NCBI GenBank assembly: GCA_951406725.2 | Contig: OX597815.1 | Span: 43,462,001-43,526,000 of the forward strand | Direction of reading: 5' to 3' | DNA length: 64,000 nucleotides | Origin: Octopus vulgaris | Taxonomy: Eukaryota | Shown here: piece by piece, positions 12,180-27,192 of the stretch | Position numbering within the stretch: the stretch's first letter is position 1 | Layout of the letters: each line of letters begins with the position of its first letter | Notes under the pieces: generated by a model | Database searches by the model: none | The model's input: only the letters and a program-made list of their open reading frames with translations | What the model was told of the DNA's origin: nothing | Translations under genes and position numbers: made by a program

Positions 12180-12390
12180 ACTATAGGCACATGCCTGAAG
12201 TTTTGGGGCAAGGGATTCATCGATTACATCGACTCCAGGGCTCAACTGGTACTTATCCAGTCGACCTTGTAAGGACACAAGGCAAAGTCGACCTCGGTGG
12301 GATTTTAACTCAGAACGTAAAGAAGCAGGAAAAAAATTGCCGCTAAGCATTTTCACTGGTTCACTAACGATTCTGCTAAGCTCGCTGCCT
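12180..12390 (-). mobile_element. SINE family B copy
   Basis: GGCAAAGTCGACCTCGG...AACTCAGAACGTAAAG...CTAACGATTCTGCTAAGCTCGC. Confidence 0.78.
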
Positions 12391-13059
12391 CCATTTTTAA
12401 GTGTTACTAATTTGGGAAACATTTTATCAGAGTCATTTTAATGATGTTGAAATATCGGCTTTATCTACAGCTCAATACGTAGGTAAAACTTCTTTTCAGA
12501 AATAGAATTAAGTATGGTAAAGTGATTTGCCATGAACCAACGCAAATTTAATGTCAAAGTTTATTGTCTAAGGCTTTCGGTATCAACAGATTGCATTTTC
12601 TCACAGTTATTTCACGGCGAGAGTTTAGCACGCGTATCAAAAGTTCAGTTGAATTATTTACAATATGGTTGTGAAAGTAAATGTTTATTTATGATTTGTT
12701 TCCATGTAAGCTATAGCCCGTCAGCGATTGTTCAAAGCTTTATTACAAGACAGTGCCTGTACTTGTAACAATATCCCTTGGGTGATTTTGTCACTATTTT
12801 CCGTTTTTTTTTTTTACTATTTATTTGCGCATATGTATACACGCACATAGACATGCATACGCATATGCGCACACATTTACACACACACATTGTTTGACAA
12901 ATAGTATGTAAATGATTTGAAAATAGACAGATGTACATACACAAACAACAATCTCAGCTAACTCACATCTGCACTCACGGAGACACAGAATGTATATGCA
13001 CGCACACATACATACATGCATACATACATACATTCATACATACATACATTCATAAATAC

Positions 13060-13132
<73 letters not shown>

Positions 13133-13173
13133 TATATATATACTCATATACATGTACATATGTATATATGTAC

Positions 13174-13244
<71 letters not shown>

Positions 13245-13306
13245 GAGCGAGAGAGAGAGAGAAAGATATATAGATAAATAGATAGATATGCATATATATA
13301 TATATA

Positions 13307-13346
<40 letters not shown>

Positions 13347-13559
13347 CATATATGTATGTATATATACACATGACACGTGCTACATTTTCAAGCGAACACA
13401 TATAAATAAACTGACTAGCAAAAAAATGTTAATGTGATATATAATACATACATAGGCATACATACGCACACTTTCGCCTTTTATTCTTTCTTCCTTTTAC
13501 ATTCGTTTCCCATTCAGATATGTTAATCTGTTTTCAATGCTGTGAGCACGTTCTTTCAC

Positions 13560-15130
13560 TTTGAAGTAGTAGTATCAATGTATATTCGCTGCTTTTTCTT
13601 AAAGACTAAACTTTTTGTTATAGGCATGTGCATCATGTGTCTTCCCCATGTCGTTTATTAATCCCGTTATGTTCGAAAAACCTTGTGGCTGGTAGTTGTC
13701 CTGTGTCTTTTCTTTTACGATTTTCCAATCCAATCCAATCCTCTTTCTTCTTTCCCAACTACACTTCTACATCTATGTTTGTATTGTCAGTGATGCAGTT
13801 ACTCTTACTGTATAATTGTTTAACCGATGGTAATACGCTCGATGCCGTTTGTTTGACAATTCAGTCATTCTTTCAATGTTAGTCGTTGCTTTGAATCGTT
13901 GAAGGCGTAGCTTCTTAACCACACTGCTGATGGTTGTGTGGTTAAGGGATTCACGTCGCGGCTAAAATGGTTCCGTGTTCGAACTGTGTGACACATTAGT
14001 CAGGTGAGTTCTGCCATAGGCACACCAGTCTTGTGAGTGAAATGTAGCAGTTCACAAGCATAATCGTTTCTATATTTGAGCGGCAGATTCAGTCTGTAAC
14101 TCAGATTAACCCCAGCTCTTGACCCTAGGGTGCTTTCAGTGAAGTCGTTTCTGGTGCAGTTATTTCTGCTTTCGCAGCTCATTCTTTCAATGTTAGTCGT
14201 TGCTTTGAATCGTTGAAGGCGTAGCTTCATAACCACACTGCTGATGGTTGAGTGGTTAAGGGATTCACGTCGCGGCTAAAATGGTTCTGTGTTCGAACTA
14301 ACTGCGTGACACATTCATTAGTCAGGTGAGTTCTGCCATAGGCTCGCCTCAATCAAAGTCTTCTGAGTGAAATGTGGCAGTTCACAAGCATAATCGTTTC
14401 TGTCTTTGAGCAGCAGATTCAGTCTGTAGCTCGGATTAACCCCAGCTCTTGACCCTAGGGTGCTTTCAGTGAAAGTCTGTTCCGGTGCAGTTATTTCTGC
14501 TTTCCTAGCTGTTAGCTTTAATTTTGGTTTGCTCTTGTTGTTGCTGTTGTGGCTACGCTCTGCAGTTGGTGCTACTACTGTTTATTCTGTTGGTGTTGTT
14601 GATTTTGAGGTGATGGTCTCTTCCTTTGTTGTGACTCGAAAGCCGTAAAATAGTTTACGACCCCATGTAAATAACAATTTGGCTTTCAACCTTTAATGTT
14701 CACGTATAGTTTTGTGCCATCTGGCGGATTGATTAGGTCTTGGACAGATTCCATACTTATTGATCCGACTTTATCAGTAACTATACACCTTGACCCCGAG
14801 CAGTGTTATTTTTGTAGCCTCTGGACCAGCTGAGTATTAGTTTTGTCCTCTATGCCACCACCAACCAACAGTTGTGTACTTCTGGGGACATATCGATTAA
14901 TTTCACTCTTACTACCCTACGGCCGAGGTAGATTGGTGTGGAGGCTAGTTCGTCACTCTTCAGTAATGTTGTAGAGTACTTCTTGGTATCATCCTCTGTC
15001 GGGAATCTCACCGCTACTGTGCCGTATTTTCCCCCTAATGACATGTTATGGAGCCCCAGTTCTGAGACACTTTCTATTTGCTGCTATGCCGCTTGTTCTG
15101 TTTTCCCGCTGTTTATTATTATCGTTCTAT
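13560..15130 (-). mobile_element. Decayed L1/Tx1-like ORF1 (gag-like) remnant
   Basis: ORF 14850-15044 (GKYGTVAVRF...PIYLGRRVVRVKL) is followed by PDGTKLYVNIKG*KPNCYLHG, resembling a decayed zinc-knuckle region. The family assignment is inference. Confidence 0.45.
13865..14510. repeat. Tandem duplication, two units of ~314 and ~332 bp
   Basis: TCATTCTTTCAATGTTAGTCG... starts at both 13865 and 14179. Each unit holds a decayed SINE head. Confidence 0.9.
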
Positions 15131-15461
15131 AACTTACAATTTCTGATAGGTTTCAATTCGGATAGATTCTGTAATGCTTGATTCTTCGTTTTAACCAGAT
15201 TTCGTAAGGTGGTTTTTAGCATTTTACAAAATTCTTGAGACGATAATTTAATTACTCCCCCCTGTCGCACGGTATTTGCGAACTCGGTAACTTTGTATTT
15301 GTAAATTGAGGTGTCCATATTTTTATTTGTGCTGCTATTAATAGTGGTGGCGGCAGCAGCGGCGGCACCGGTGGGAGGGTCGTCGTCGTTGTAGTGGAGG
15401 TGAAATTTTCAGGTATATTGAATCGACAATTTGGTCTTTCTTCTTTCTGTTTATCTTTTCT

Positions 15462-15668
15462 AATCTAGGCACAAGTCCCGAAATTTTTAGGGAGAGTGCC
15501 AGTCGATTAGATCGACCCCAGTACGCAGCTGGTACTTAATTTATCGACCCCGAAAGGATAAAAGGCAAAGTCGACCTCGGCGGAAATTGAACTCAGCACG
15601 TAAAGACAGACGAAACACTGTTAAGCAATTCGCCCGACGTGCTAAAGTTTCTGCCAGCTCGCCGCCTT
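15462..15668 (-). mobile_element. SINE family B, near complete
   Basis: Minus-strand head GGCGGCGAGCTGGCAGAAAC, B-box GAGTTCAATTTCC and core GCCTTTTATCCTTTCGGGGTCGATAAATTAAGTACC, which resembles the MetaSINE central domain. Confidence 0.85.
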
Positions 15669-15878
15669 CCTTCTTTCTGTTTATCATGCTCATTGTTGCT
15701 GTTGTTGATTCAGTCGAAACTGATGGTGACAGCAGTAACGTTGCTTTCTGGTGCCTTTTCATTTCTGTTCTTTACGTCGGTCTCGTCGTCATTGTTGTTG
15801 TCATCATAGATAATGACATTCCTATTGTTTTTCATACATTCTATGTAAACAAGAAGCAGTAGGAAATTGATAAAACAA

Positions 15879-16266
15879 GTGGATGGAAGCACTCCGTCGG
15901 TTACGACGATGAGGGTTCCGGTTGATCCGAATCAACGGAACAGCCTGCTCGTGAAATTAACGTGTAAGTAGATGAGCACTCCACAGACACGTGCACCCTT
16001 AACGTCGTTCTCGGGGATATTCAGCGTGATACAGAGAGTGACAAGGCCGGCCCCTTGAAATACAGGTACAACAGAAACAGGAAGTAAGAGTGAGAGAAAG
16101 TTGTGGTGAAAGAGTACAGCAGGGATCACCACCATCCCCTGCCGGAGCCTCGTGGAGCTTTTAGGTGTTTTCGCTCAATAAACACTCACAACGCCCGGTC
16201 TGGGAATCGAAACCGCGATCCTATGACCGCGAGTCCGCTGCCCTAACCACTGGGCCATTGCGCCTC
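15879..16266 (-). mobile_element. Full-length SINE (tRNA head, alternative middle, tail T1) with TSD
   Basis: Head GAGGCGCAATGGCCCAGTGGTTAGGG...GTTTCGATTCCC. 10-bp TSD GATAAAACAA at 15869-15878 and 16267-16276. Confidence 0.9.
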
Positions 16267-16425
16267 GATAAAACAAAACAAACGGCTGTTGGAACAAGTA
16301 ACTGGGCTGGCGAAGCCAATTGCTTTTTTTCTTCATCTGCAACTTCACCATTAATCGCCCGGGAGGGGAGAAGATTATACAAAGCAAACTAGCCTCAGAG
16401 GTTGCTGGTTTGCTTTATAACAAAA

Positions 16426-16819
16426 CTAGCAGTATAGCCCAGCGTTGCTGGGCTTGTTTTCTTTTCGACCCTTTAGAATTGGAATTTTTGAAATGTAAAA
16501 CTTTTGCATTATGTAGCTTGTTATTCTCTTTAAGTGAACATTTTTCTGGTTGAAATGCACCGAAAAATGGCGACACAGCAGTAAAAAATCGTTAAAGAAT
16601 AGGGATTTTCATAGAAAAAAAGCACCTTTTTGATGTAAATAATTTCTGGTGTTAACATGATCCGATTTGAATTTTTTCTTCTACGGAAGGAAGAGCAAGC
16701 CTTTTATCATACTCTCAATTTTGGTCAACTTGCGCCGCAGGGTCTCGGAGGAGATAGTGTTAGTTGAAGGCTACCAAACCTGCCATACACAGACAACTTC
16801 AGCTTTATAAATATAGAGA
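16426..16819 (-). mobile_element. Non-autonomous Helitron, complete (394 bp)
   Basis: The minus strand starts A|TCTCTATATTTATAAAG and ends with the hairpin GCCCAGC-AAC-GCTGGGC then CTAG|T. It sits in an A/T target with no TSD. Confidence 0.85.
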
Positions 16820-17249
16820 TAATGCAATGAAACCAAAACGACTCTTTTCAATAACAACAAAAATCACGAGCTCAGAGAGACATCTTAATGCTGACATTGT
16901 CTACGCGGTTCTGTGAATAATTTCAGATCTTGACCCTTTATCATTAAAATACTGCTCTAATTCTTTAACTCTGTTGCCGAGTTTATTAGTTACTCATATG
17001 GTTATGCTTCAGAACGGTTTCGCTCCCTTACTTGTAACCAAAATGAGAGGCTCATCACCCATTCCATATACTGATATTTTCTCCGGACAAAATTTTCAAT
17101 TTTATGTTTTAATTCACCTGAAGGAAACGGTTTTTCTTATCTCATGACGTAATCGGTGTGTTCACCAATAAAAGACACTTCTGAAACAGCTGTAGTGAAC
17201 TTCAGCCCATATGTGTTTTCGTGAAACTGCTTGCCGGCATACAAATCTT

Positions 17250-17620
17250 TTATTTTTTATCTTTTATTCGCTTCAGTCACTTGATTGCAGCCATGCTGGA
17301 GCTTGAAGGGTTTTAGTCGAACAAATCGATCCCAAAGCTTATTTTTTGAAGCCTAGTACTTATTCTATCGGTGTCTTTTGCCGGACTACTAAGTTAGAGG
17401 CATGTAAACACACCAACACAAGTTCTCAATTGGTACTGAGGGGACTAACAGAGACACAAAGGCACACACACATACGCATACACATATATATACACACACA
17501 TACACACACACGCGCACGTATATATATACAACGGGTTTCTTTCAGTTTCGGTCTGCAACATCCATAATGTATAGACAAGGCTTTAGTCAGCCGAGTATAT
17601 TGAAGAAGCGTTCTTGTTGA
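17250..17620 (-). mobile_element. SINE family A, degenerate copy
   Basis: GCCATGCTGGAGC, AAGCCTAGTACTTATTCTATCGG and TTCTTTCAGTTTC motifs. Confidence 0.78.
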
Positions 17621-17699
17621 TGATAATATTCTCGTTGTTGTTGCTGCTGCTGCTGTTGTTGTTGCTGTTGAGCGAAGCGGTCTTCGTCCCAGAGCTCGC

Positions 17700-18184
17700 A
17701 GTGGAAGACGTCCGAATCGTGGTCCTTTGCTATTCGTAAGACCCGCAGAAAGGAGAGCAGGTCAACCCCCGACACCGAGAGCATCGATGGATGGATGAAT
17801 GCGGATTTAGGCTCAGCGGTTGCGTAGGAAGTCGGGGACAAGAAACAGGAAGAAAGAGTGAGAGAAAGTTGAGGCGAAAGAGTGCAACAGGGATCGCCAC
17901 CCCCACCATCGGCGGAATTTGAGCTCAGAACGTAGTGGCAGACGAAATACTATTTCTTTACTACCCACAAGGGGGTAAACACAGAGAGGACAAACAAGGA
18001 CAGACAACCGGATTAAGTCGATTATGTCGACCCCAGAGCGTAACTGGTACTAATTTAATCGAGCCCGAAAGGATGAAAGGCAAAGTCGACCTCGGCGGAA
18101 TTTGAACTCAGAACGTAACGGCAGATGAAATACGGCTAAGCATTTTGCCCGGCGTGCTAACGTTTCTGCCAGCTCGCCGCCTTA
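17700..18184 (-). mobile_element. Composite SINE: family B with an internal duplication, joined to another SINE middle and tail
   Basis: CGGCGGAATTTGA(G/A)CTCAGAACGT occurs at ~17910 and ~18093. 17838-17903 matches the middle of the 15879-16266 element but is joined to a different tail. Confidence 0.75.
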
Positions 18185-18434
18185 CGCGCTTTTGTAATAA
18201 TTAAATTAAAAAGTATTCCTATAATTATATAGAAACAATATGAGACTATTTGAGAGAATATTTTAAAGGGAATATGAAATTAATATATTTTCTTTCAAAT
18301 GACATTTGATAAGTGACTTTTAAGCCTAAACATATTTGTTTCACTTATTCGGAATGTATTTTGTATTTTCCGTCAATCTTTAGTTTCAGTATCAGTTCCT
18401 CAAATACGTATCAACGATCACTTTAAATTCTGAT

Positions 18435-18562
18435 ACAGAACCAGACCGAATAACCGGCAAGCTGCGGAAGCGGTCTGGATTTCAGGATGTTCCGGTTTTC
18501 TGGAGACAGCCTATACACACACACACACTGGAAGGCGAATAAATGTCCGGTACTGTAATGTA

Positions 18563-18637
<75 letters not shown>

Positions 18638-18957
18638 CTGCAGGTCTGTTAAACATGGTTATAGATGAAAATTATGGTAAAATTCTCAGCAATAAACATA
18701 GCTGTAAAAAAACAGCCGTTTTTTTTTTTTTTAAATTCCGGATTTTTAGAAGCCAGCATTGATTTCTGGAACTGTAATATAAATATATATAAATGTATCT
18801 ACTGGTCTTTTGAAAATGATTATTTTTGAACATGACGAAAACTTTTAACAAAATTTACACAAGAAGCATATAGCTGTTAGTGGATCATCTGTACAAAACA
18901 CCCGGGTTTTTGGCAATTCCGGATTTTTGGAAGCCGGATATGCTGTCCGGAACTGTA
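18435..18957. mobile_element. Degenerate TA-flanked MITE-like element with duplicated right terminus
   Basis: AATTCCGGATTTTT..AAGCC...GGAACTGTA occurs at ~18733-18776 and ~18915-18957. The left end TACAGAACCAGACCGAATAACCGGC resembles their reverse complement. Confidence 0.5.
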
Positions 18958-19414
18958 GATATATACGTAAGTACATACCTATACACACATGCAAAGGCGG
19001 ACATACACATACGCCCGCGCGCGCACTCTCTCACAGCTATTGGTGCGTCATCATGTTATGAGAGCGTTGACACAGATATCAACAGAACATGTTCGTACAC
19101 GTTACCAATTTATAGGCCAAATACTGATTTTTGCCTAATAGTGAAAGCAGCCCAGTGCGTACTTTCATAATTAATTTTTACTGTATTTACGAATTATCTT
19201 GATTTGTCAGTAAACAGAATGTGCATGTGTGCGCGTATGTCTGTGTATTTGTGTGCGTGTGGGTATGGGTGTGTGTGTGTGTGCTTGTTTGTGTGTATGT
19301 GTATGTGTGTATGTGTGTGTGTGTGAGCATGTGTAAGTAAAATAGTATGAATGTATATGGGTGGGTATTTATGTGTTGTCATTTCTCTATATGTCCCAGG
19401 ATTTTTATGTTATG

Positions 19415-20260
<846 letters not shown>

Positions 20261-20302
20261 CACGCAGAACACATGTGGGTGTTTATTACACACACACACA
20301 CA

Positions 20303-20341
<39 letters not shown>

Positions 20342-20368
20342 CAATAACTAAAGTGAAATTATACAGCA

Positions 20369-20399
<31 letters not shown>

Positions 20400-20819
20400 G
20401 AGCTGGTGGAGAAAATTGATAAAGAGAGAAAGAAGGATAAATAAACAAAATGTATTATATATCATAAATGTATTGATCAAATATTCATCAAGTTGGATTA
20501 CAAATATATCGATGTAATCTCATAAGCTTACACTTTAATCTATTATCGGAAGACATTTTAAATCAAAAATGCAACAAAAATTTTCTTCAGAACGAAATTT
20601 CACTATGCAGGAAGTTTTTCCAGAACATATACTAACCATACATTTTTCTATAAATATCTTTTACGTAATTTGATGTTCCTTGATCAATTTACATCAACCA
20701 TGAAGTGTTCCAGTTCACATTTGTGAACTTTTCGAATTTCTTACCAATACACTATAAAGTTTCCTATACTGCCAGGAGGATTCTACATTTTCATTCAAAT
20801 TTAGATAACTCTCTCTTTT

Positions 20820-21025
20820 ACTCTTTTACTCTCTTTTACTTGTTTCAGTCATTTGACTGCGGCCATGCTGGAGCACCGCCTTTAGTCGAGCAACTCGAAC
20901 CCCGGGACTTATTCTTTCTGTAAGCCCAGTACTTATTCTATCGGTCTCTTTTTGCCGAACCGCTAAGTGACGGGGACGTAATAATACCAGCATCGGTTGT
21001 CAAGCAATGCTAGGGGGACAAACAC

Positions 21026-21066
<41 letters not shown>

Positions 21067-21231
21067 TACGACAGACTTCTTTCAGTTTCCGTCTACCAAA
21101 TCCACTCACAAGGCATTGGTCGGCCCGGGGCTATAGCAGAAGACACTTGCCCAAGATGCCACGCAGTGGGACTGAACCCGGAACCATGTGGTTGGTTAGC
21201 AAGCTACTTACCACACAGCCACTCCTGCGCC
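20820..21231 (-). mobile_element. SINE family A, full length, little diverged
   Basis: Head GGCGCAGGAGTGGCTGTGTGGTAAGTAGCTTGCTAACCAACCACATGGTTCCGGGTTCAGTCCC and (AGTAAAAG)n tail; nearly identical to 25925-26335. Confidence 0.92.
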
Positions 21232-21249
21232 GACAAAGTAAATATATAT

Positions 21250-21646
21250 TCTTTTATTCTTTTACTTGCTTCAGGCATTTGACTGCGACCATGCTGGAGC
21301 ACCGCCTTAAAGGGTTCTAGTAGAAGAAATCGACCCCAGGACTTATTCTTCGTAATCTTAGTACTTATATTCTATTACTGTCTTTTGCCGAACCGCAAAG
21401 ACAATATCAGTTGTCAAGCGATGGTGGAGGGCAAACACGGACACCATATCTTTCAACGTTACTCTTTTACTTGCTTTAGAAATTAGACTGCGGCCTCACT
21501 GGGGCACCGTCTCGAAGAGTTTTTAGTCGAATGAATTAAAGCTTGGTACTTATTCTATCGGTCCGGTTTGTCGAACCGCTAATTTACTGGAACATAAACA
21601 CACCAGCACCGGTTTCAAGCACTGGCGGGGAACAAACACAGACACA

Positions 21647-21713
<67 letters not shown>

Positions 21714-21800
21714 ACACAAACACACACGTATATACGACGGGCTTCTTTCAGTTTCCGCCAACCAAATTCACTCACAAAGCTTTGGGATTGAACACGGAAC
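21250..21800 (-). mobile_element. Two stacked partial SINE family A copies
   Basis: Tail motifs recur at ~21250-21440 and ~21455-21800. Confidence 0.75.
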
Positions 21801-22146
21801 CATATATATTCTTATTTAAGATATACATATCAAGATATCATATACATAAATTTAATGTCCGAATGTATATGTACCAACTAGTGGGGTAAACTTCTAGGAA
21901 ATTTTACAGATCTTTATAATTCCATTTAAGGATTGTAATTTCCACTTCCTTATCTTGCTGTGTCATTTTGGGAGTTGTACAGTTCAAATTTTAACGATCA
22001 TCGGTTCTGAGGCCCCGTTAAAAAATATCCATACATATATGTACACATAAAAGTGTTTATATCTATCTTAAATAGTTTATCTTAAGAATCTCCTGTTTAA
22101 TGTACGAATTTCTCGTTATAGAAAACCTTTCTATATCTTTCCTTTC

Positions 22147-22230
<84 letters not shown>

Positions 22231-23534
22231 GTTTATCTGACTGCCATTTTGTATGTCTGGCTGTCTGCCTTTTCTGTCTGTGTGTCTATATGTCTGTCTG
22301 TCTCTCTCTGTCTGCCTCTCTCACTCTCTCTCTCTTTCTTTCTTTATATATATATATATATATATATAATTAATAAATATAAGGGTAGCAAAAAATTCTG
22401 AAAGCGGTAAACGTTTTTATTTCTCTTTCTATTTCAGAATTACAACTATTTAGCGGTATGAGTTTTGGCTGCTCTTTCTAGTGAGTCGAATGTCCTATAT
22501 GGCCATTCCTTATATTGTTGTATATATATACATACATAGAGAGATAGAGATAGATAGATAGAGATAGATAGATAGATGGATAGATAGTGTGTGTGAGAGA
22601 GAGAAAGAGACACACACACAATCAAGAAACATTTATTCTTTATAAATATATTACGCTAGAAAGCAGAAAAATAAGCAGATAAATACATAGCTAATTCATG
22701 TGTGTGCGCACAAACACACACACACAAAAGCACACGTACATAATATATATGTATGACGGACTTCTCTCTGTTTCCATCTACCAAATTCACTCAAAAGATT
22801 GTGGTCGACCCAAGATAAGAGTAGAAGAAAATTGCCGAAGTGGAACTGAACCAGGAATAATGTGGTTGTTAAGCAAACTTCTTACTACTTAGCTACAGGA
22901 CAGTGGAGATATACAGGGAAACCGAACCGAAAACAAACATGGAGGTTCATTTGACCTGAACGAGGGGAAAATAGTGAACGCCGAGAGAAATATTTTCTTT
23001 GAAAGGAGAAAAAATAGAAGTGAGAGATAGATGTCCAGTCCTTAGAACGTCTGTGTAGGAAAGAAAGATGGTCACGTGAGGGAAAGAAACATGGACGATG
23101 GCCACGTGTGAGCTAAGAGAGAAAGAGGGAGAGAGAGAAAAGGAGTAAGAGGGGGAAAGAGGGAGAAAGAGGGAGAGAGAGATAGAAATCGGTGAAAGCG
23201 AGAAAAAGGGATTTAGGAAGGAAACAGTATAGAGTAGAATCGCATCAAAAAGATTAAGATAAACTTACTCGGAAATGGATGCGTGGCGGTCAATTAAATA
23301 ATAATATAAATAACATATATATATATGTGTGTATATATATGGGGAACAGATAGACAGCCGGTAATTGAGAAAGGGTCGTTCTTTGAATTACTTACCATGT
23401 TTTCCATTTTTGTCTCGTAATTTGCGTATTTAACTCCTTTGTTTTCGCATTTCATGTTGTTTACTATTGGTGCAGTCCTGTACCCATATATGCATATATA
23501 TATATATATATGTACATATATATTATTTATATGC

Positions 23535-23601
<67 letters not shown>

Positions 23602-24420
23602 CGTATATATACATGTATATAGATAATATATATATATGGTGCTATTAAGTTAGACATGGCCTGGGCCAATAATGGCCGAAACCTATCAAAGTATCAAAGT
23701 ATCAAAGTATATATACACACATACATACATATATATATCTACATACATATATGTATATATGTATGTGTGAGTGTGCGTGTGTGTGTGTATTAATGCATAA
23801 TTATGCATATATGCATGTTAGAGGCCAATAAATATATCGTTACAAAAGACAAAGAACGTTGCCTTAGTACAAATGAAGCAAGAAATAATTGCCTTTCGAC
23901 AATATATTTACATTTTGTATGATATATAGAAGGTTATTTTAACTTCATACAAATAGTATTGCGCGCACGCACACACGTGTGTATATATTTCTACATATGT
24001 GCGTACATATAAGTATTTAGTTTTTCTTTAATAAAAACTAAATATAATAAGTATATATACTTTGGAGTTCATATAAATATATAGGTACATATAACTAAAT
24101 GTGTGCACATAGAAACACATATATATATACATACATACATACATACATACATACATACATACATACATACATACAAATACATATATATATATATGCACAT
24201 GGATGTATGTATATGTACATATATATTATACGTGCGTGCGCTTGCGCATGCTCACACACACATGCGCGTATTTACTTTAAGTATGATACATAGATGGCTG
24301 TCATAACTTTTATACACTTTCTATGCCATATATATATATGTATGTATGTATGTATATATGTATGTATGTATGTGTATATATATATATATGTAAATATGTA
24401 TAAATATGTAGATATATATA

Positions 24421-24497
<77 letters not shown>

Positions 24498-25668
24498 TAC
24501 TTGGAGAAGAAGAAACGAAACGAATCATGAACATATATATTCATAGGGGTTCATGCACACACATGCACTCGCGCACAGATATTTATTATGAGACCGTGTG
24601 TGCACTTGTTTAAGACACACACACATACCGTATCTATAGGAATGCAGTTTCACTATTACCATGTCATATTGATCTATATATCATTTTACAAACACACACA
24701 CACACACACACACACATCATACACATCACACATGCACCCACACACGCACACACACACACTTTCTCACACACACACTTGTTTAATTAACCATGAGGTGAGA
24801 AAGGTGATGTTTGTGTTTGCATTTGTCTATTGACAGAAAAGCATTTTTTTTATTGTAATTGATGTTCAAACCTGAACAAAATCGGTTATTTTCTATCTGT
24901 CCCTGAAAATCCAGAACAAAATCTCACACATTATCGTGAATTATTATATTGCATATTTTCCTATTTCTGTATTTATGGGTATTTGTGTGAGCTTGTAACC
25001 ACATTCTCACAATGTGCTAATTAAGTACATAAAATTCTAGGATGTCTCTTGTAATTTTCTTCGAAGGCTTCGAAACTGCGCACTTTCGTAAGTTACTTTC
25101 ACTATACTGACAGATAGGCGTTTTGGCTATCACAATGAAGAAGTTAATTATTTAATGGAATATGATCTTAAGGAATGCGCATTGATCACGTATTTCCAGT
25201 AACATAACCTGCCTACTTACACACACATACATACACACACATACACATACATACACACACACACATACTCATTCATACGCACACAACATCGTGCGCATAC
25301 ACACACATACATGCACACACATATAAGTACACTTAGGAAAATCTGTAAGCATACGTACAGACACACATACACACACACGCATACAAAGACACACTCACAT
25401 AAAGGAAGAAAGGAGAGGGGAAGAGAGAGAGAGAGAGAGAAAGCGAAGCACAAGGAGTGGTATTTCATTTATCTGTTCATATATTTATTTACATAGAAAT
25501 GAGAAAGCTGACTTTTATGATTAACCGAAAAACCGAATAAATTTATCTATACAATATATACGTACATTCATACATACAGGTATGTACATATACACCTCTG
25601 TCTTCTAGCGAGTATGTGTGGGGGCATATATATATATATGTATATGTATATGCATATATTAGTGTGTC

Positions 25669-25699
<31 letters not shown>

Positions 25700-25832
25700 G
25701 TTTATATAGTTGAATGAATTATCCTAGTATGGATAATTCGGTTAACCGATAACCGGGTAGCAAATTTACGTCAGAAAGCACGGTTGAAGCTACATGCCAA
25801 GGGCAGAAATCACGTGCTTTCGTGTGGAAATT

Positions 25833-25910
<78 letters not shown>

Positions 25911-25924
25911 AGTATATATATACT

Positions 25925-26332
25925 CTTTTCTCTCTTTTACTTGTTTCAGTCATTTGACTGCGGCCATGCTGGAGCACCGCCTTTAGTCGAGCAAATCGAC
26001 CCCGGGATTTATTCTTTTATAAGCCCAGTACTTATTCTATCGCTCTCTTTTGCCGAACCGCTAAGTGACGGGAACGTAAACACACCAGCATCGGTTGTCA
26101 AGCAATGCTAGGAGGGACAAACACAGACACACAAACACACACACATACATATATATATGTATACATATATACGACGGGCTTCTTTCAGTTTCCGTCTACC
26201 AAATCCACTCACAAGGCATTGGTCGGCCCGGGGCTATAGCAGAAGACACTTGCCCAAGGTGCCACGCAGTGGGACTGAACCCGGAACCATGTGGTTGGTT
26301 AGCAAGCTACTTACCACACAGCCACTCCTGCG

Positions 26333-26335
<3 letters not shown>
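25925..26335 (-). mobile_element. SINE family A, full length
   Basis: Same head, internal (TG/TA)n and tail as 20820-21231. Confidence 0.92.
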
Positions 26336-26373
<38 letters not shown>

Positions 26374-26376
<3 letters not shown>

Positions 26377-27192
26377 AATGAATGTTTTTATATATAATGA
26401 ACGTGAAATACAGCAAGGGACGAACACGGAACACAGACAAATCATTCGAAGCCTTCAATCTTCAGTCAGACACCGAATCATCATAGCAAATTTCGGCTGT
26501 TCAATTCTGATATTTGCTCCAACTCGGCCAGCCCCAAGAAAAAAACTAAGCTGTAAGCATTAGATTTCTTGGTAGAAGACAGGAATGTGAACGCACAAGA
26601 CGGATGTAAATACAAGAGACGAAAACGAAATTGAAAACAGTAATGAATAAACAAAATATATATAACGGTGGTTGTCATACGACTTTAGACCAAATGAGAC
26701 AAAACAACAACAACATAGCAGCTGGCGTAGAAATAATTACCGTTTCGGTAGCGGGGACACATGTTGGTCGAGATACGATGGCCAACAGAATGGTTAAGAA
26801 TCAGCAGGTTGCAGGAGAGAGAGAGAAAGAGAGACAGAGAGAGAGGGAATCAAAGAGGATGGAAGGCAGGGGACAGAATCAGTGACCAAGAGAAAAGGAG
26901 AAAGAAGGGATTAAGGAGGATGGGAGGAAGAGGGCAGGAGGATGGGAGGAAGAAGGGGGAAGAGTCGGAGGGCGCCAAAATAGTTTGGTGAAGAAGCAAT
27001 GGCGGGTAGGAAAGACAGTGTGTATAGAAGTCGTGCAGGGTTTAAAATTGGACAAACAAACGGGGGGGGGGTGCACGTAACGCCGCAATAATATAAGAAT
27101 GAATGTTTTTATATATAATGAACGTGAAATACAGGAAGGGACGAACACGGAACACAGACAAATCATTCGAAGCCTTCAATCTTCAGTCAGAC

